Source: Oopsacas minuta (taxonomy: Eukaryota > Animalia > Porifera). Taken from it: a stretch of DNA of 64,000 nucleotides. The position numbers were made by a program, and so were the translations under genes. The notes beneath the pieces were generated by a model. That model was not told the origin of the DNA. It searched no databases and was given only the letters and a program-made list of their open reading frames with translations. Below are positions 10,801 through 22,348 of the stretch, one piece after another; position 1 is the first letter of the stretch, and every line of letters starts with the position of its first letter. The DNA is taken from assembly GCA_024704765.1 (NCBI GenBank), contig JAKMXF010000321.1, positions 434,001 to 498,000 on the forward strand, given 5' to 3'.

Positions 10801-12954
10801 CTGCCCTCACTGGCAGCTCTCATATTCAGACATCTGTACAGAGACGGGAAGATGGCAACTACTATTGAAACAGATTGGTCTGCTAACTTTGCTCACATGC
10901 TAGGTATAAATACACTCAACTCACTTTATATCGAACACTGAAATTGTACAAATATAGTCCTAAGCCGTCAAAGTAACATATATTTAATAGGTAATATCCC
11001 CCTAAGTAATTATCGCGGTTCCTTGAGTTTTGATGTAACAGGAGTTTAGTGTATATAACTGCTCATAAACATTTGTCATTTATTTTGTCATTAGTTGATG
11101 CTACTATCACATTGATGACTATGTTTAGGTTTCACTGAGCCTAACTTCATTGAGCTATTGAGACTGTATCTTACAATACATGCTGATCATGAGGGAGGTA
11201 ATGTATCAGCACACACTTGTCACTTGGTAGGGAGTGCTCTCAGTGACCCTTATCTCTCTTTTGCTGCCTCTATGAATGGTTTGGCTGGTCCCCTACACGG
11301 TTTAGCTAATCAGGTAGATTGAATATATTATAGTTAATACGTCATAAGGATACTGTGGACAGTGGAATCGCCACAAACGGGGTAGTATTTTTCGGCCTCC
11401 CTAGCACCCCGTTTGCGGAGGCTACACTATACTCAATATTCGGTACAGCCGCGTAATATCCATTGAAAATTATTGATAATTAAATTTGATATAATATTAT
11501 TAAATTAGAATATCCTAATACAGACGATCTATTAGGTATTTTAACGAATTATCTTCTCCTTATGAATGCCTATATTAATAGGGATTTGTACTGGAAATGC
11601 GAGCAAGTTACTATATAGTTTTGTATCTGTTAATAGAGCCTTTGTTATTATCTATTAGGAAGTATTGGTTTGGCTTACAAAGCTACAGAAGGACTTAGGA
11701 GGCGAAGTAAGCGATGAGAAGATGAGAGAATTCATATGGCACACTCTGAATAACGGACAGGTGAGATCTGTAATATAACTTACTGATAATTGGCTTCAAA
11801 CCCGTATAACTTATTTCTACCATCATATGTTATATATTTAAGTAGAGTACATAATTATTGGGCTGTATTCTAATATTTATACACGTACAGTCAACTCCCG
11901 TTAGTTCGAACCCAGATATATCAAAATAGCCGATTAAAATCAAAGTCTTAAATTGTACGAATATATCAAAAACCTCCAAAGTAGCATAACTTTCATCGGT
12001 TATATCCAAGTACTTTTTCGCGGTCCCTTTAGCTTCGATATCACAGTAGTTGACTATAATTCTAACGTAATTCGATGTACTTAAATACATTGATCACTGA
12101 CCAAAGGATTATTGAAATATATGAATAATTGTAGAGAATTTCTTTCGATTCTTCAATCCATCTATTGTAAAGACGATTACCAATGAATCATTTTCGACAG
12201 ATAACAATCATTATTGCTACACTATGTCTATAGGTTGTACCCGGTTATGGACATGCTGTATTAAGGAAAACTGATCCCAGATACACTTGTCAGAGAGAGT
12301 TTGCTCAGAAACACCTTCCAAATGATCCTCTATTCAAGCTAGTTAGTCAGGTGTATAGAGTAGCTCCTCTTGTAATGCAAGAACACGGAAAGGCTGCTAA
12401 CCCATGGCCTAATGTAGATGCTCATTCCGGAGTTCTCCTCAAGGTATGGAATATTCTAGAATAGTTTTTAATACATGCAATGCTCTGTTGAACGATATCT
12501 AACTGATTTGAATCATAAATCGTTATTCTCGTTAATTTTACGGAAATAAACTGTATTTGCCAGTTTCCTTCATATATTCCCTTTAATTTCCCTAATTTCA
12601 ATGACGTAATCGCTTTAATAAAATAATTCAGATGTTAACCTTTTTTCACCCATGGACCGTATATCCTCTCCCATTAACGGTACAACAAATTTTTGGTATC
12701 CTGTGAACTCCCTAGTATTGTCCGGACCACCAAGGGACCATGGATCCCAAATTGGGAACCGCTGTCGTAATTGCTATGAATTCTTACTGTAGTACTACGG
12801 GCTATCAGAGATGAGCTTCTATACAGTCCTATTCGGAGTATCTCGTGCTCTCGGGGTCCTCTCCTCTCTTGTATGGGACAGAGCATTAGGACTGCCAATA
12901 GAACGTCCAAAGTCAATGACAACTGAAGCATTGCAAGCCATAGTAAAGAAATAG
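4807..12954 (+). CDS. CS: Mitochondrial citrate synthase, 11 exons, 458 aa
   Basis: Manually assembled in-frame exons: 4807-4890, 4948-5055, 5164-5229, 8963-9004, 9342-9431, 9498-9686, 10765-10903, 11129-11313, 11659-11760, 12234-12443, 12793-12954; all GT-AG. Motifs [46 protein letters not shown]; presequence-like exon 1. Mostly missed by the ORF track. Confidence 0.97.
5274..5410. mobile_element. TIR-bounded MITE in CS intron 3
   Basis: cagctaacatccggtaactcgaa ... ttcgagttaccaaatgttgactg imperfect inverted ends. Confidence 0.6.
5697..6995 (+). CDS. Membrane-anchored, divergent inosine-uridine nucleoside-hydrolase-like protein, nested in CS intron 3
   Basis: 432-aa intronless ORF with N-terminal hydrophobic anchor. 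[16 protein letters not shown] resembles the DxDxxxDD Ca-binding motif; [26 protein letters not shown] and [10 protein letters not shown] resemble ALGPLTN, EFNxxxDPEAA and HDPLAVA. Confidence 0.6.
   Translation: MLYTVCLFIFSVFCIFTLIKLFTKKHPKHPPLYVIYQDIADVDNLYTLLLLGRVLNVSPDSPMRLVLMPRLVDLSVAPFDSERETFNLSMLIPGPLSSDSCYESELIFKDSATRIWLYLHKALGHEKRSLPLCYTMDCVRIFHGDYPIGAFAQASPSLAAIDHAVHAHDYVFFRQDLFGGIYGDVITPDDYKNWLKSVRNSKKRSELIRSEIENGFELFEFRSDSCISAAIRSLDELHSDIKLKSPGRNLRLVLLAQATSLVKLLEDRNLVTRVECIHAQYFTWSHSDNVLGEQFNIVLDRIAAENCVRIVKKYRIPFYCITTQYPSNGNAPMEFISKLEMRNKFDSNCFFALRKLWNSLKGGKAQTIFDIWVVALICNSHLFDILPVNVSFSRNQFQLQIDSTKKSKIFTATDSSVQNTRLLVDWMESHIF
7376..8728 (+). CDS. Coiled-coil plus NHL-repeat beta-propeller protein (TRIM-NHL-like C-terminus), nested in CS intron 3
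   Basis: 450-aa intronless ORF; repeats such as [43 protein letters not shown]; no RING or B-box visible. Confidence 0.85.
   Translation: MYRPSSEHKAIYHDLEFKQLRATMSASFRELHKKLDEREAVLGDTLESTFKRNSERKKKRNAELEKLRKTYEMVETNLSETSLVDTGLEALKPIQTRIIELEKEGNVIQFGWDTSTLEQAINELGSFMVMSGSGREEELFHDHVGNGSPISPPRNDVEIHNSIPDYVTDEPRDYLQISEPLLSVGMTGGDPGQLKSSCGLAVDDLSKRIFVADYKNRRIQIFTFDGNCLAEFGESELFEPYGLCVRGDTIYVTDLGHNAYLSFSIKSQKLLSKTGSEGEANGQFDVPYGIDIDSDTKLIYVCDCLNNRVSLFDQTSNQFRRNIGSNLLHLPNDVKITESSVFVLDQNTVCIHNFDKATGAKLSSFISRGPDKQVEFAYFFCIDRHGNMILSDRDQNCLKVFSPTGVTICIVGEKGDEPGQFHYPEGIALRSDGKIVSVCSEKTRNILQIL
10137..10445 (+). CDS. Ubiquitin-like protein with C-terminal CCAYI (CaaX-like) tail, nested in CS intron 6
   Basis: [12 protein letters not shown]...[25 protein letters not shown] parallels ubiquitin/NEDD8. 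First ATG at 10137 (the ORF track starts at a GTG). Confidence 0.75.
   Translation: MDVQVKTLTGQTTSIRISEEDTVHEFKSRIKLTSISYPSHLQELYYNGEMLDNESKLKECNIKDGAQVDVRMKVELGRDPSNTESRPQSQSSQSGGSCCAYI
11888..12056. mobile_element. MITE family A (Tc1/mariner-pogo-like, TIR CAGTCAACTCCCGTTA..., TA flanks), representative copy
   Basis: Related copies at about 1050-1118, 9091-9274, 10913-11051, 13296-13456, 15759-15889, 22493-22584, 50678-50947, 53003-53077, 55779-55921, 58602-58777, 61001-61086, 62186-62335. Shared core TTATCGCGGTCCCTTGAGCTTCGATATAACGGGAGTTGACTG. Confidence 0.85.
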
Positions 12955-13544
12955 AGTATGCGTTACTAGAGATTATTACAGTATATCTTAGATTTATCTG
13001 ATCTGATAGTATTATAGTTTGACAGTTCAATCAAGCTAGGGTAATTATCCAAATATATTAAATAAAATGTTATTTCCTCTCTGCTGTGAAACGATGTTAC
13101 TCATATGTGGAATCTCGTTAATACGAACACCATGGATGGTCAAAAATGTGTTCGCTTTATCCGGAGTAATGGCAATCGAATACCCATTATAGGGACCTGG
13201 TTTTGTGTAAATATGCGTTCATCTTTATCAGGAAATTCGTATTAACCCTGTGTTCTATGAGATTCCACGGTATAATATTGAATAGTAATGGATTAGAGTC
13301 AACTCCTGTTATATCGATGCTCAAGGAACCGATATAGTTACTCCGATATAAGCAACGAAATTTGTTTGACGGTTTGGGACCATATTTGTACTATTTCAAA
13401 CTTTGACATATGCGGGTATTTAGCTATATCCACTTATATATAACGGAGGATGACTGTAATTGGGACGTTTTCGAAGAAAATATATACAGCCAAACCAGTT
13501 TTCTTACTAATTTTACTTATAGTATAAACTTGCTATTCAGTAGA

Positions 13545-14345
13545 ATGTACGGTGGTAGACACCCAATAGAACAACCAGAGGAGAGTATCTACAAGCTAAT
13601 CCCTCATACCCCTCCTGCTATCTACAAAGCTCCTAGATACAAATCTGTCCATGCAGACAGAGTACAGAAACAACTAAAAACTAATAAAATGCAAACAAAA
13701 ACAATGGGACCAGCTAAAGTAACGCAACCCGATACACAAAACTATCTCAAGAAGAACTCTATTGCGAATATGAAACCGCCTAGAAGATCTTCTGATGAAT
13801 TCGAGAGAGACACAACTCACAAACCGCCTGTACCTAAACACGATGAGCGACCCCTCATGGGTACTAAGACTGATAAGAACTTTATCAAATCCAATGCAAT
13901 GGAGAACATCAACTCAACTGCTAAAAAGTCCGATCCTAAATACGTAGACTCCCCTTCTGGTACCTCACATACACTGGACCCATCGGGACTTGTACCGAAA
14001 TATGTCATGAAACGGGACTACGGTAAAGTGCCTGGCTACTTAGAAAAACGAAAAGATGAGCGAATACAAGCACAAGAATCATATGATCATTTCGTCATAG
14101 AGCAACAGAAAGCTGGAGCTCTAAAACAGCTGAGCGATAAAGATAGACAAGCAGTTATAGAGGGTCTAAAGAAAAACTGGGAAGATCTATATAAACAGTA
14201 TCAGGGGCTATCTGTAGTGACAGACACAGCTCCTAAAAAGGCTAGGAAAGAGAGATTAGAAGCTGATATGAAACGACTTGAGAAAGATATCGAGATTATG
14301 GAGGGACACAAGATTATCTATGTATCTACTGATGACGTAGAATAG
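13545..14345 (+). CDS. ENKUR: Enkurin (ciliary/flagellar microtubule inner protein), intronless
   Basis: ESIYKLIP, KTMGPAKV, KNFIKSNA, DPSGLVPKY, DYGKVPGYL, GLKKNWE, RKERLE match the enkurin pattern. Likely start ATG 13545; the ORF track's 5' extension runs into a MITE. Confidence 0.93.
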   Translation: MYGGRHPIEQPEESIYKLIPHTPPAIYKAPRYKSVHADRVQKQLKTNKMQTKTMGPAKVTQPDTQNYLKKNSIANMKPPRRSSDEFERDTTHKPPVPKHDERPLMGTKTDKNFIKSNAMENINSTAKKSDPKYVDSPSGTSHTLDPSGLVPKYVMKRDYGKVPGYLEKRKDERIQAQESYDHFVIEQQKAGALKQLSDKDRQAVIEGLKKNWEDLYKQYQGLSVVTDTAPKKARKERLEADMKRLEKDIEIMEGHKIIYVSTDDVE

Positions 14346-14634
14346 TTAAGTATGTTAATATTACTCGTTACAGTAAGCCAGCAATAGTCACTTATACTCA
14401 CACATTATAATATATTTGATTTGACTTGCAACTACGTGTATTCTCTTATCCAAGCGTTGTCCCATGCCAAAGCCAAAATCTTTGAACTTTGTACTTGATC
14501 TGGCAACCCTGTTTACCCCGCTAAACTGGGCAACAATTGGTTAAATGTTATCTTAAAATCTTAACAACCGAAATTGTATTATGGTATTAGATTATTAGCT
14601 TGTTATTATGTGCGTTACTTCGTGAGATATATAT

Positions 14635-17316
14635 ATGGCTAGCAAAGGAAATACAATTAAAAGAAAGAATAGTTTTCCTCCCTCAATATACACGCTTGGA
14701 TTGGATAAACTTTTGGATAAGATTTGTGAAGATAATTCTGATTCTGAAAACTATGTCATTGAAAGAGAGAAAGTGACAACTTTCGCAGAGAAGATATCTT
14801 CAGAAATCAAAACATTTAAGGACACTATAAAAGAGAAAGACAATGAAATAATTCAACTTAACAAGCAGGTGAATTATAATTTTATAGCTATCCTATATAT
14901 CTTTTCTAATTAACGGATTCATAATCATAGCCATTTCATAGCAACCAATATTATACGAATAAATACTTAACAACCCTCTCTACAAATTTCCCGGGATTTT
15001 CCTTACCAAATCCTAAGTTCTCAATATTTTCCAGGCATATCACGCGTTTCCTCCTATTCCACTCGAAGATAAAACTTCCAAGAAATTTTAAGATTTAACC
15101 TTGATAGGACGTAATTAACGGGACGGGAGGGTTGTCAAGTATGTGGATAGTTGTTCGTTTATATCCTTATAATATTCTCTCTATAGTTGAGTTCTTCGCT
15201 TCAAGAAAATAAATCGAAAGAAAATAAACTGAATGAAGAATTAAAATCTAATAGAAGAGAGCTAGCACGTCTCCAGTCCAAAGTACAAAGAATTGAGAAT
15301 GAAACTGAAAAGCTAAACAAACTAAAGAAAGAGCTTCAAGAAGATAACAATAACATTACAATAAAAATGAACTGGGCTCAGAACCGTTTGAAAACAGAGC
15401 TAGAAACACACGTAACCTGTAAATCAGAGCTAGAGGTAACTCAACGTAAACTTAAACAGGTTACAGAAGAGAAGGAACAAATACACAGTGAGTTTAAGAA
15501 TATTATTTTACAGTATGAAAATAATACAGATGTACAGAGAATAGGTGATAAAGATAAGGGAGGTGTTAATCTACAGAAAGAAGTTATAGATGGACTTAAG
15601 AGTGAGTTAGATTCTTGTAAGGGAGAATTGAGGGGAGTTTGTGAGAGAGAAGATGGACTGAGAGAACAGATCGCTAAATTGGGAGATGAGAAACTGTATT
15701 TTATAAAACAAACAGAAAAGGTGAATTAAGTAATACAAATAGTTTCAGTTAATTAATCCAGTTAACTGCCGTTATAGCGAATTGTACAAATATGGTCCCA
15801 AACCCGCAAACCCGTCAAAGCAACATTTCATAGGTTATGTCGAAGTAATTATCGCGGTCCCTAGAGCTTCATATAACGGGAATTGACTACATTTAAATGA
15901 TTGATTAGTAGAATTAGTCATTCTTCGAATATAAACTTTACTTCTTTTTGTGTTTAGGGAGAAAAATGGAAACAAAAGAGTGAACAATTCAAATCAGAGT
16001 TAGAGCTTTTAAGAACTCAGTTTAATTTCCAGAAAGAAGATACGAAAGCTGTAAAAGAAAATTGCACTGAATTAAGAGGGAAGAATAAATCCTTATCCGA
16101 CATTAATCAGATGCAACAGAAGAAATTAGCACAACAAGAGAATAAACTTGAAAAGTTGAACTTAAGATATGACACTTTATCAAATGAACAAACACAGTTA
16201 AAAGCAGAGATTACTTCGGTTAAAAATGAGTTTATTGTTTCTGAACAAACTTGTAACGATCTTAAACAGGGTTATACCGCAATGTCTAAAGAGAATGAAG
16301 AATTAATCGCGAAATGTCACGAGTTCAGTGAACAAACACTCAGATATAATTGTAAAATTGAAAATGAGAAACGTTTAGAACAAACTATAGAATCTTTAAA
16401 ACTTGATTTTGAGAGTTGTAATAAAAATTATTTAAATTTACAGAATCAAGTCAAAGAACTGTTGGAAAGGAATGAGACATTAACAACAAACTTGGAAACT
16501 TTAACCCATTCGAACTCAAAAATTGAACATACAAACATAGAACTTGAATCTAACTTAAAATCATTAAAAGAACAATTAGATAATTCTGAAAAATTAACTG
16601 AGAAATTAACTATAAATTCTGAGAAAAAAGAAGCTATTTTGAAGTTGGAAGTAAATAAACAAAATGCTTTATTGCAGGAGAAAGATACAAACTTGAAAAT
16701 ATTACAGCAAAAATTAAACGAACAAAAAAACGAGAAGAAAATAATCGAAAAGAAACAGACTCAAATCATGCGAGATATTTCCAAACTTGTCAAAGCTCAA
16801 GCCGATAAACTTGGCTCGATGGAACGAATCCAAGAGGAGCCTCCTTTGACCCCCGCCTCTAAGCGGTCCTGCTCCACCCCAACACTAGCACACTCTGAAA
16901 TCGACAAAGATGAAAATATTTCAGTTTTATTTGAAACAATCAACAACTTTGCTGTAAAGATAGAACGTTTACAACTTGAATTAAACCAGAAAAAGGACAA
17001 AATTACTTTTCAAGAAGATCACCTGAAACAGCTAACGAAAGAGCTACAGAAAAAGGCTAGAATTATGCAAAACATAGTCAATCGTAGTGACAATCCGCGA
17101 ATGAAATCTCCTACTCAATCTTCCAATATGTATGAACTAACAGATGGACTGAGTTATGAAAGAACTCTACAACAACAAGTTTTAGTAGAAGATACTCTCA
17201 TGCGAAATATTGCACTTCAAGCCAGCTTAGATGTCGTAACGAAACAAGCGGAGGTTTTACAACAGGAAAATTCAAATTTGAGAAGTCTTATCGGAGGTTC
17301 TAGGCATCTAGATTAG
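14635..17316 (+). CDS. CCDC186: CCDC186-like long coiled-coil protein, 3 exons, about 708 aa
   Basis: Exons 14635-14868, 15187-15720, 15958-17316, all phase 0. IKMNWAQNRLKTELETH and FQEDHLKQL...VEDTLMRNIAL match the CCDC186 signature as I recall it. Confidence 0.8.
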
Positions 17317-18463
17317 CTCATATTTCACTCACATGGATATATATGCAGAATAATGTAAAGCGACTGCATACGTTATCTTAATGAAATTTGTTTTGTAATT
17401 CTAATATGATCTAATTTGAAGTTTTATTGCAATATTTCTCATCCTTAAATGGCTACATACGTATTGGGGCTATTCCTGCTGAATTCTTAATATAGTATAC
17501 CACAGTATTGCTTATTCCACAGATATAAATATGAAAATGAACCTGGTACCTCTATATTTAATTTGCTTATTATATCTTTTATAAAGCATTATTCTCTCCT
17601 TGTCCTTCTGGGTTGATTTGGTTGCCAAACTTCTTGGATATATCTAATACAACCTCGATTATCCAAACTCGTACACTGTACTAGTCACTAATTATTACAT
17701 TGTATTCACTAAACACACTGTCTTACCAAATTCATTCAAAATTAGTAAAATTACAACCAAATATGGCATGACCTTATTTACTGTAGGAGATGGTGCGGCT
17801 GGTCATGTTTCTACGGGACCAACTTTAGATTGATTAGCACAGTGAGTATAGAGTAACTGGTCCAATTCAATCGTTCTTCATACAAGCCTATTTATTGATG
17901 TTTGACTCTCAACCGAATACGTCCTGCAAAATATTAACAGTATTCGATAAAGTATTCATGAATACTGACCGTATCATAAAATAGTACGCAGTGTATGTCT
18001 ACTCATAAGTTAAGTAGCTGAATAGGAAGTTCCCAAACAAGAGGAAAACTGGGAAATGTTAATATGATCACAATGTTATATTTTAATTTATAACTCGACT
18101 GTAATCAAATATATTTCTGGATTATTTTTCAGAATTTCCACTTTCTCTCACAAACTTTGACTTAGGAATCCTTTTCCACTATCAGATGCTTTTATCTTTA
18201 TATTCCAAGGGTCACATTTGGAGGTGAGAGACTAGGTTTCTACGCTCTTATGTATACTTATCCAGACCAATCCGTGGCTGTCTTAATTCGAAATATTTCC
18301 AAAGTCATAATTTCGTGTAAATTTCTAAAATGTAAAATATGGAAAGCTACGGAAGATCGCAGACTATTTACTGTATACAATAATATATGTATGAAACTAT
18401 GTTTATTGAGTAATTACTGTATTCATAATAGCACAAACACACAGTTAGATACTAAATAAATAT

Positions 18464-21400
18464 ATGTCATCTTCTCCTACACAACCTGAGATAGAGCTAG
18501 AGAAGAGCTCTCCATTGAAAGCTAAAGGAGACGGGGAGAATGGACAAGAAGAAGTGGAAAACCTAATTCCTCCAGAAGAAAATGGTAAAACAATAAATTC
18601 GAATGATTTAGGATCGACAGAAGCTCAAACGGAAGGAGACATGACTCAGAGTGACCCAACTAATCCAAGTGAAGGTGATCAACATGATACGAATGAGGTT
18701 GAACAACCTGAACGTAGTGACCCCTCTAGTCAGAACGGAAATGCCGACGATATCATGGATACCACAAACATCCCGCCGGAAGTAGAGAACCAAGCTGACG
18801 ACGTGCAGGTCAATGGAGTAGCTGAAAAGGAGAATTCTAAAGCTGATGACGTAGATTCGGATCCAGAGGATAATCCTGTGATTATAGAAGCTCCTACTTA
18901 TGATTTACAGAAATCTGAGATACAAGCTCAGCTATCCAAACCCTTGCTAAGTGGACAGAAATGGTACCTTATACACATACGTTGGTTCAAACAATGGAAG
19001 CGTTATGTCGGGTATGATAACTGGGATAAAAGTAGTGCGGGAGAAGAGGTAGGACGACCTGGTCCGATTGACAACACCAGTCTCCTGGAACATGCTAAAC
19101 TACGTCGTCATCAAGTAGATGAGATAGATTATAAACTGGTTCCAGAGGACGCTTGGAAGAAACTGGCCTCTTGGTACGGGCTAGCCCCTGATTCACGGGC
19201 TATATCCCGTCGTGTTGTGGAGTATGGGAAGTTTGTGAAGCAATGCAAAGTGGAAATCTATCCTCTGGAATTGAAGGCTTGTCTATTCCCCAAAGAGAGT
19301 GACTTTAAGATCGTACGGATATCTCGTTGTGACACTATTCGTGTCTTAGAAAAGAAAATACGAAAAGCTTTCAGCATAGAACAAAGCAAAGAAGTCCGTG
19401 TTTATAATCGATACATGACGTACACATACGAGCTAATTAAAGATCTGAACCTCGAAGCACAAGATGTAGGTCTGTTTGATGGACAATGTGTTCTTCTAGA
19501 AGTTCAAAACCAAGACGCATCCTGGCCGCGGACTAACCACGCTACTCGTAGCATGCAGATGCCATCTAACGCCGGTGTTACGACACGATCTCAGGCCCAT
19601 TCAACATACTCTTCTACTAATAGTAACTACAACTATCCATATTCTAATAATTATGGATATTATTCGGGTAGACAGCCTACTACACCAGGACTGTGTGGTC
19701 TATCTAATTTAGGAAATACTTGCTTTATGAATTCAGGCCTCCAGTGTCTGATCCATATACCTCCCCTGATCGAGTATTTCGAGAACGATACATACTTGAA
19801 AGAGATAAACACGAAAAATCCGCTCGGTATGAAAGGAGAGCTAGCCAAGTCATTCGGTGAGCTCATCAAGGCCATGTGGTCCGGAGACTACGCCTATTTA
19901 GCCCCTAGAGACTACAAACTGACTGTAGGTAAGTTTGCACCAACTTTCTCAGGCTACGCGCAACAGGACTCCCAAGAACACATATCTTTCCTACTGGACG
20001 GATTACACGAAGATTTGAATAGAGTAATGAACAAACCTTATATAGAGCTTAAGGAGTTAGACAAGCCTGATGATATAGCTGCACAGGAATCATGGGATAG
20101 ACATTTGATGAGAAATAAGTCTATCATAGTAGATACATTCCAAGGACAGTACAAATCAACTCTAGTATGTCCTGAGTGTAATAAAGTTTCTATTACATTT
20201 GATCCATTCATGTATCTATCACTACCGCTTCCTATCAAGAAAACGCGAAACATTAAGCTAACTTTAATAACGCTCAATCCTGCTAACAGACCCACAATAT
20301 TCAAAGTTAAAATACCTAAGAACAGCAGTGTAGCAGAGCTTTGCGAGGAACTATATAAGCTCTGTGGTATTGAGGCTGATCGTCTAGTTGTATGCGATGT
20401 GTATAGTCACCGTTTCCATAAGATATTTGAGCATTCAGAATCCGTGAATGGTATAACGGAAAGAGACGATATATTCGTATACGAAACACCTATTAGCTCT
20501 ATGGATGATTCTGATCTAATATGCCTGCCAATGTATAACCGTGAGCTACGTCGTACTCAATACACTAGCATTGGTACACATTCCTATGTCCATCATTATC
20601 TCTTCGGTATGCCATTAGTTCTTCCTATACCTAGAGATAAAACTACATACAAAGATCTATACAAGATATGTGTGTATTTCATGAGCAGATATATCATTAT
20701 ACCCGAAGATTATAAAGTTCAGTTAAAACAGGCTGCGCAGGCAGAACAAGCTAAAGATGATGTTGATATGGAAAACTCTGATTCTGGTAATGATAGTGAC
20801 GATAAGGAAGATAAGAAATCAAACACAGATATTCAGGATGGTACTATTGATACAAACAATGATCCAGAAACAGGAGGGGATGAGAATCCAATCGAAGATG
20901 AAGCTGTCAGATCGAAACCGGATTCAGATGATGAACCTGTCGGTGAAATGGAAGTCGAAGGAGCTTCAGCCCAGTCCACATCCTCTTACGCATACGTCCC
21001 AGACGATTTTGACATCTCTCAATACCCCGCAGACATGTTCAAACTAAAACTAGTGAATGCATACGGATCTGCCGAGATGGGAGAGCTACGTGATGACGAG
21101 AATTGTTTGAAACTTTTCAACAGATCAGTTATTGCTATGGAATGGAACTCAAAGTATAGACATTTCTACAGTGAATCTTCACTAAGAGATATTTCTGAAG
21201 ATGAAAGTGTACACAAGAAAGACATAAAAAGAGAAATCCACTTGGCTGATTGTATCAAATTATTCACTGAGAAGGAAATATTATCAAAAGATGATCCATG
21301 GTATTGTCCAGTATGTGAGGACTTCAGGCAAGCATCTAAACAACTAGAATTATGGAAAATACCTGATTGTCTAGTAATTCACCTAAAACGCTTTTCATAT

Positions 21401-21805
21401 AATCAATACTGGAGAGACAAACTTGATAGTTTAATTCATTACCCGTTAGAACTCGATATGACTGAATACACACTATCAAAAGCACAGGTCTCTCTTCAAT
21501 ATGAACTCTACGGTGTGTCTAACCATTTCGGAGGTCTGGGGGGTGGTCATTATACTGCATATGCTAAACAAAAGAATAATAGTAAATGGTATAATTTCGA
21601 TGATAGTTCTGTGACTTCATTCGCACAAAACGATTCAGTAGTGACCAAAGCTGGCTACCTTCTATTCTACGTAAAGAAAACATGCATTCCTTTAGCACCA
21701 GCCGTTGCCAAGGAGGAAAAAGTTGAAATCAAAGACGCAGATTCGGATCATGACGATGTTGACGATAATGCTGTCTCCGAATCAGTGGGAAACGACGAAA
21801 CCTAG
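18464..21805 (+). CDS. USP15: Ubiquitin-specific protease USP4/11/15 family (DUSP-UBL-catalytic), intronless
   Basis: DUSP (WYLIHIRWFKQWK, PGPIDN), Cys box GLSNLGNTCFMNS, QQDSQE, His box HFGGLGGGHYTA, WYNFDD. Confidence 0.93.
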   Translation: MSSSPTQPEIELEKSSPLKAKGDGENGQEEVENLIPPEENGKTINSNDLGSTEAQTEGDMTQSDPTNPSEGDQHDTNEVEQPERSDPSSQNGNADDIMDTTNIPPEVENQADDVQVNGVAEKENSKADDVDSDPEDNPVIIEAPTYDLQKSEIQAQLSKPLLSGQKWYLIHIRWFKQWKRYVGYDNWDKSSAGEEVGRPGPIDNTSLLEHAKLRRHQVDEIDYKLVPEDAWKKLASWYGLAPDSRAISRRVVEYGKFVKQCKVEIYPLELKACLFPKESDFKIVRISRCDTIRVLEKKIRKAFSIEQSKEVRVYNRYMTYTYELIKDLNLEAQDVGLFDGQCVLLEVQNQDASWPRTNHATRSMQMPSNAGVTTRSQAHSTYSSTNSNYNYPYSNNYGYYSGRQPTTPGLCGLSNLGNTCFMNSGLQCLIHIPPLIEYFENDTYLKEINTKNPLGMKGELAKSFGELIKAMWSGDYAYLAPRDYKLTVGKFAPTFSGYAQQDSQEHISFLLDGLHEDLNRVMNKPYIELKELDKPDDIAAQESWDRHLMRNKSIIVDTFQGQYKSTLVCPECNKVSITFDPFMYLSLPLPIKKTRNIKLTLITLNPANRPTIFKVKIPKNSSVAELCEELYKLCGIEADRLVVCDVYSHRFHKIFEHSESVNGITERDDIFVYETPISSMDDSDLICLPMYNRELRRTQYTSIGTHSYVHHYLFGMPLVLPIPRDKTTYKDLYKICVYFMSRYIIIPEDYKVQLKQAAQAEQAKDDVDMENSDSGNDSDDKEDKKSNTDIQDGTIDTNNDPETGGDENPIEDEAVRSKPDSDDEPVGEMEVEGASAQSTSSYAYVPDDFDISQYPADMFKLKLVNAYGSAEMGELRDDENCLKLFNRSVIAMEWNSKYRHFYSESSLRDISEDESVHKKDIKREIHLADCIKLFTEKEILSKDDPWYCPVCEDFRQASKQLELWKIPDCLVIHLKRFSYNQYWRDKLDSLIHYPLELDMTEYTLSKAQVSLQYELYGVSNHFGGLGGGHYTAYAKQKNNSKWYNFDDSSVTSFAQNDSVVTKAGYLLFYVKKTCIPLAPAVAKEEKVEIKDADSDHDDVDDNAVSESVGNDET

Positions 21806-22178
21806 TTCTGTGTGATTTTACATATTACTCTGATTTGAATATTCTATTGCTATGAAACAATGGCAATTCTGTTGTACATTGTAACTACTAGTTGATTAGC
21901 TATGTATTTGTACGTATCCTTAACTATTCAATAATAGTGGACTCATTTGAACTTAGCTTTTAATTTTTAGCATCTAAGGTATTGTATGTGTTGTCAGAAG
22001 GATATAGAGTTGATTGTGATTAAACTTCGTGTATGTTACATATAGAATATATTATACATTTGTCTGGGTGGATATAGAGTAGATATCTGATATACAGACA
22101 CGTCTGGAGTATATTTTTTTCATAGGAATTGTCAAAAAATCCAAGGAAACAGTTGCAAGGGGTTGGTAAGTAACTATA

Positions 22179-22348
22179 CAGTGGAGTCTCCCAAAACGGA
22201 CAACTCCATCCAACGGACAAACCTTCTGGCACGGATTGAATTTGCCAAGCATATAATTACTACTTAAGCAGTCTCGGAGGAGCGGACAATTCTCTACAAC
22301 GGACAGATACCATGTCCCAAACGTGTCCGTTATTCAGAGACTCCACTG
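22179..22348. mobile_element. MITE family C (TIR CAGTGGAGTCTC, TA flanks)
   Basis: cagtggagtctc...gagactccactg between TA dinucleotides; internal AACGGACA subrepeats. Confidence 0.88.

Noticed and set aside
12674-13030. 118-aa minus-strand ORF
   Set aside because: Antisense shadow of the last CS exon.
13410-13544. 5' extension of the enkurin ORF
   Set aside because: Begins within a family A MITE and precedes an acceptor-like AG; no enkurin similarity.
22020-22252. Small ORFs here and at 25039-25227 and 50691-50879 with similar peptides (CPFWETPL / CPFLETPL)
   Set aside because: Translations of family C MITEs, not a peptide family.
22200-22320. Recurrent AACGGACA units as a possible CRISPR-like array
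   Set aside because: Irregular sub-terminal repeats inside a eukaryotic MITE; no spacer structure or cas genes.
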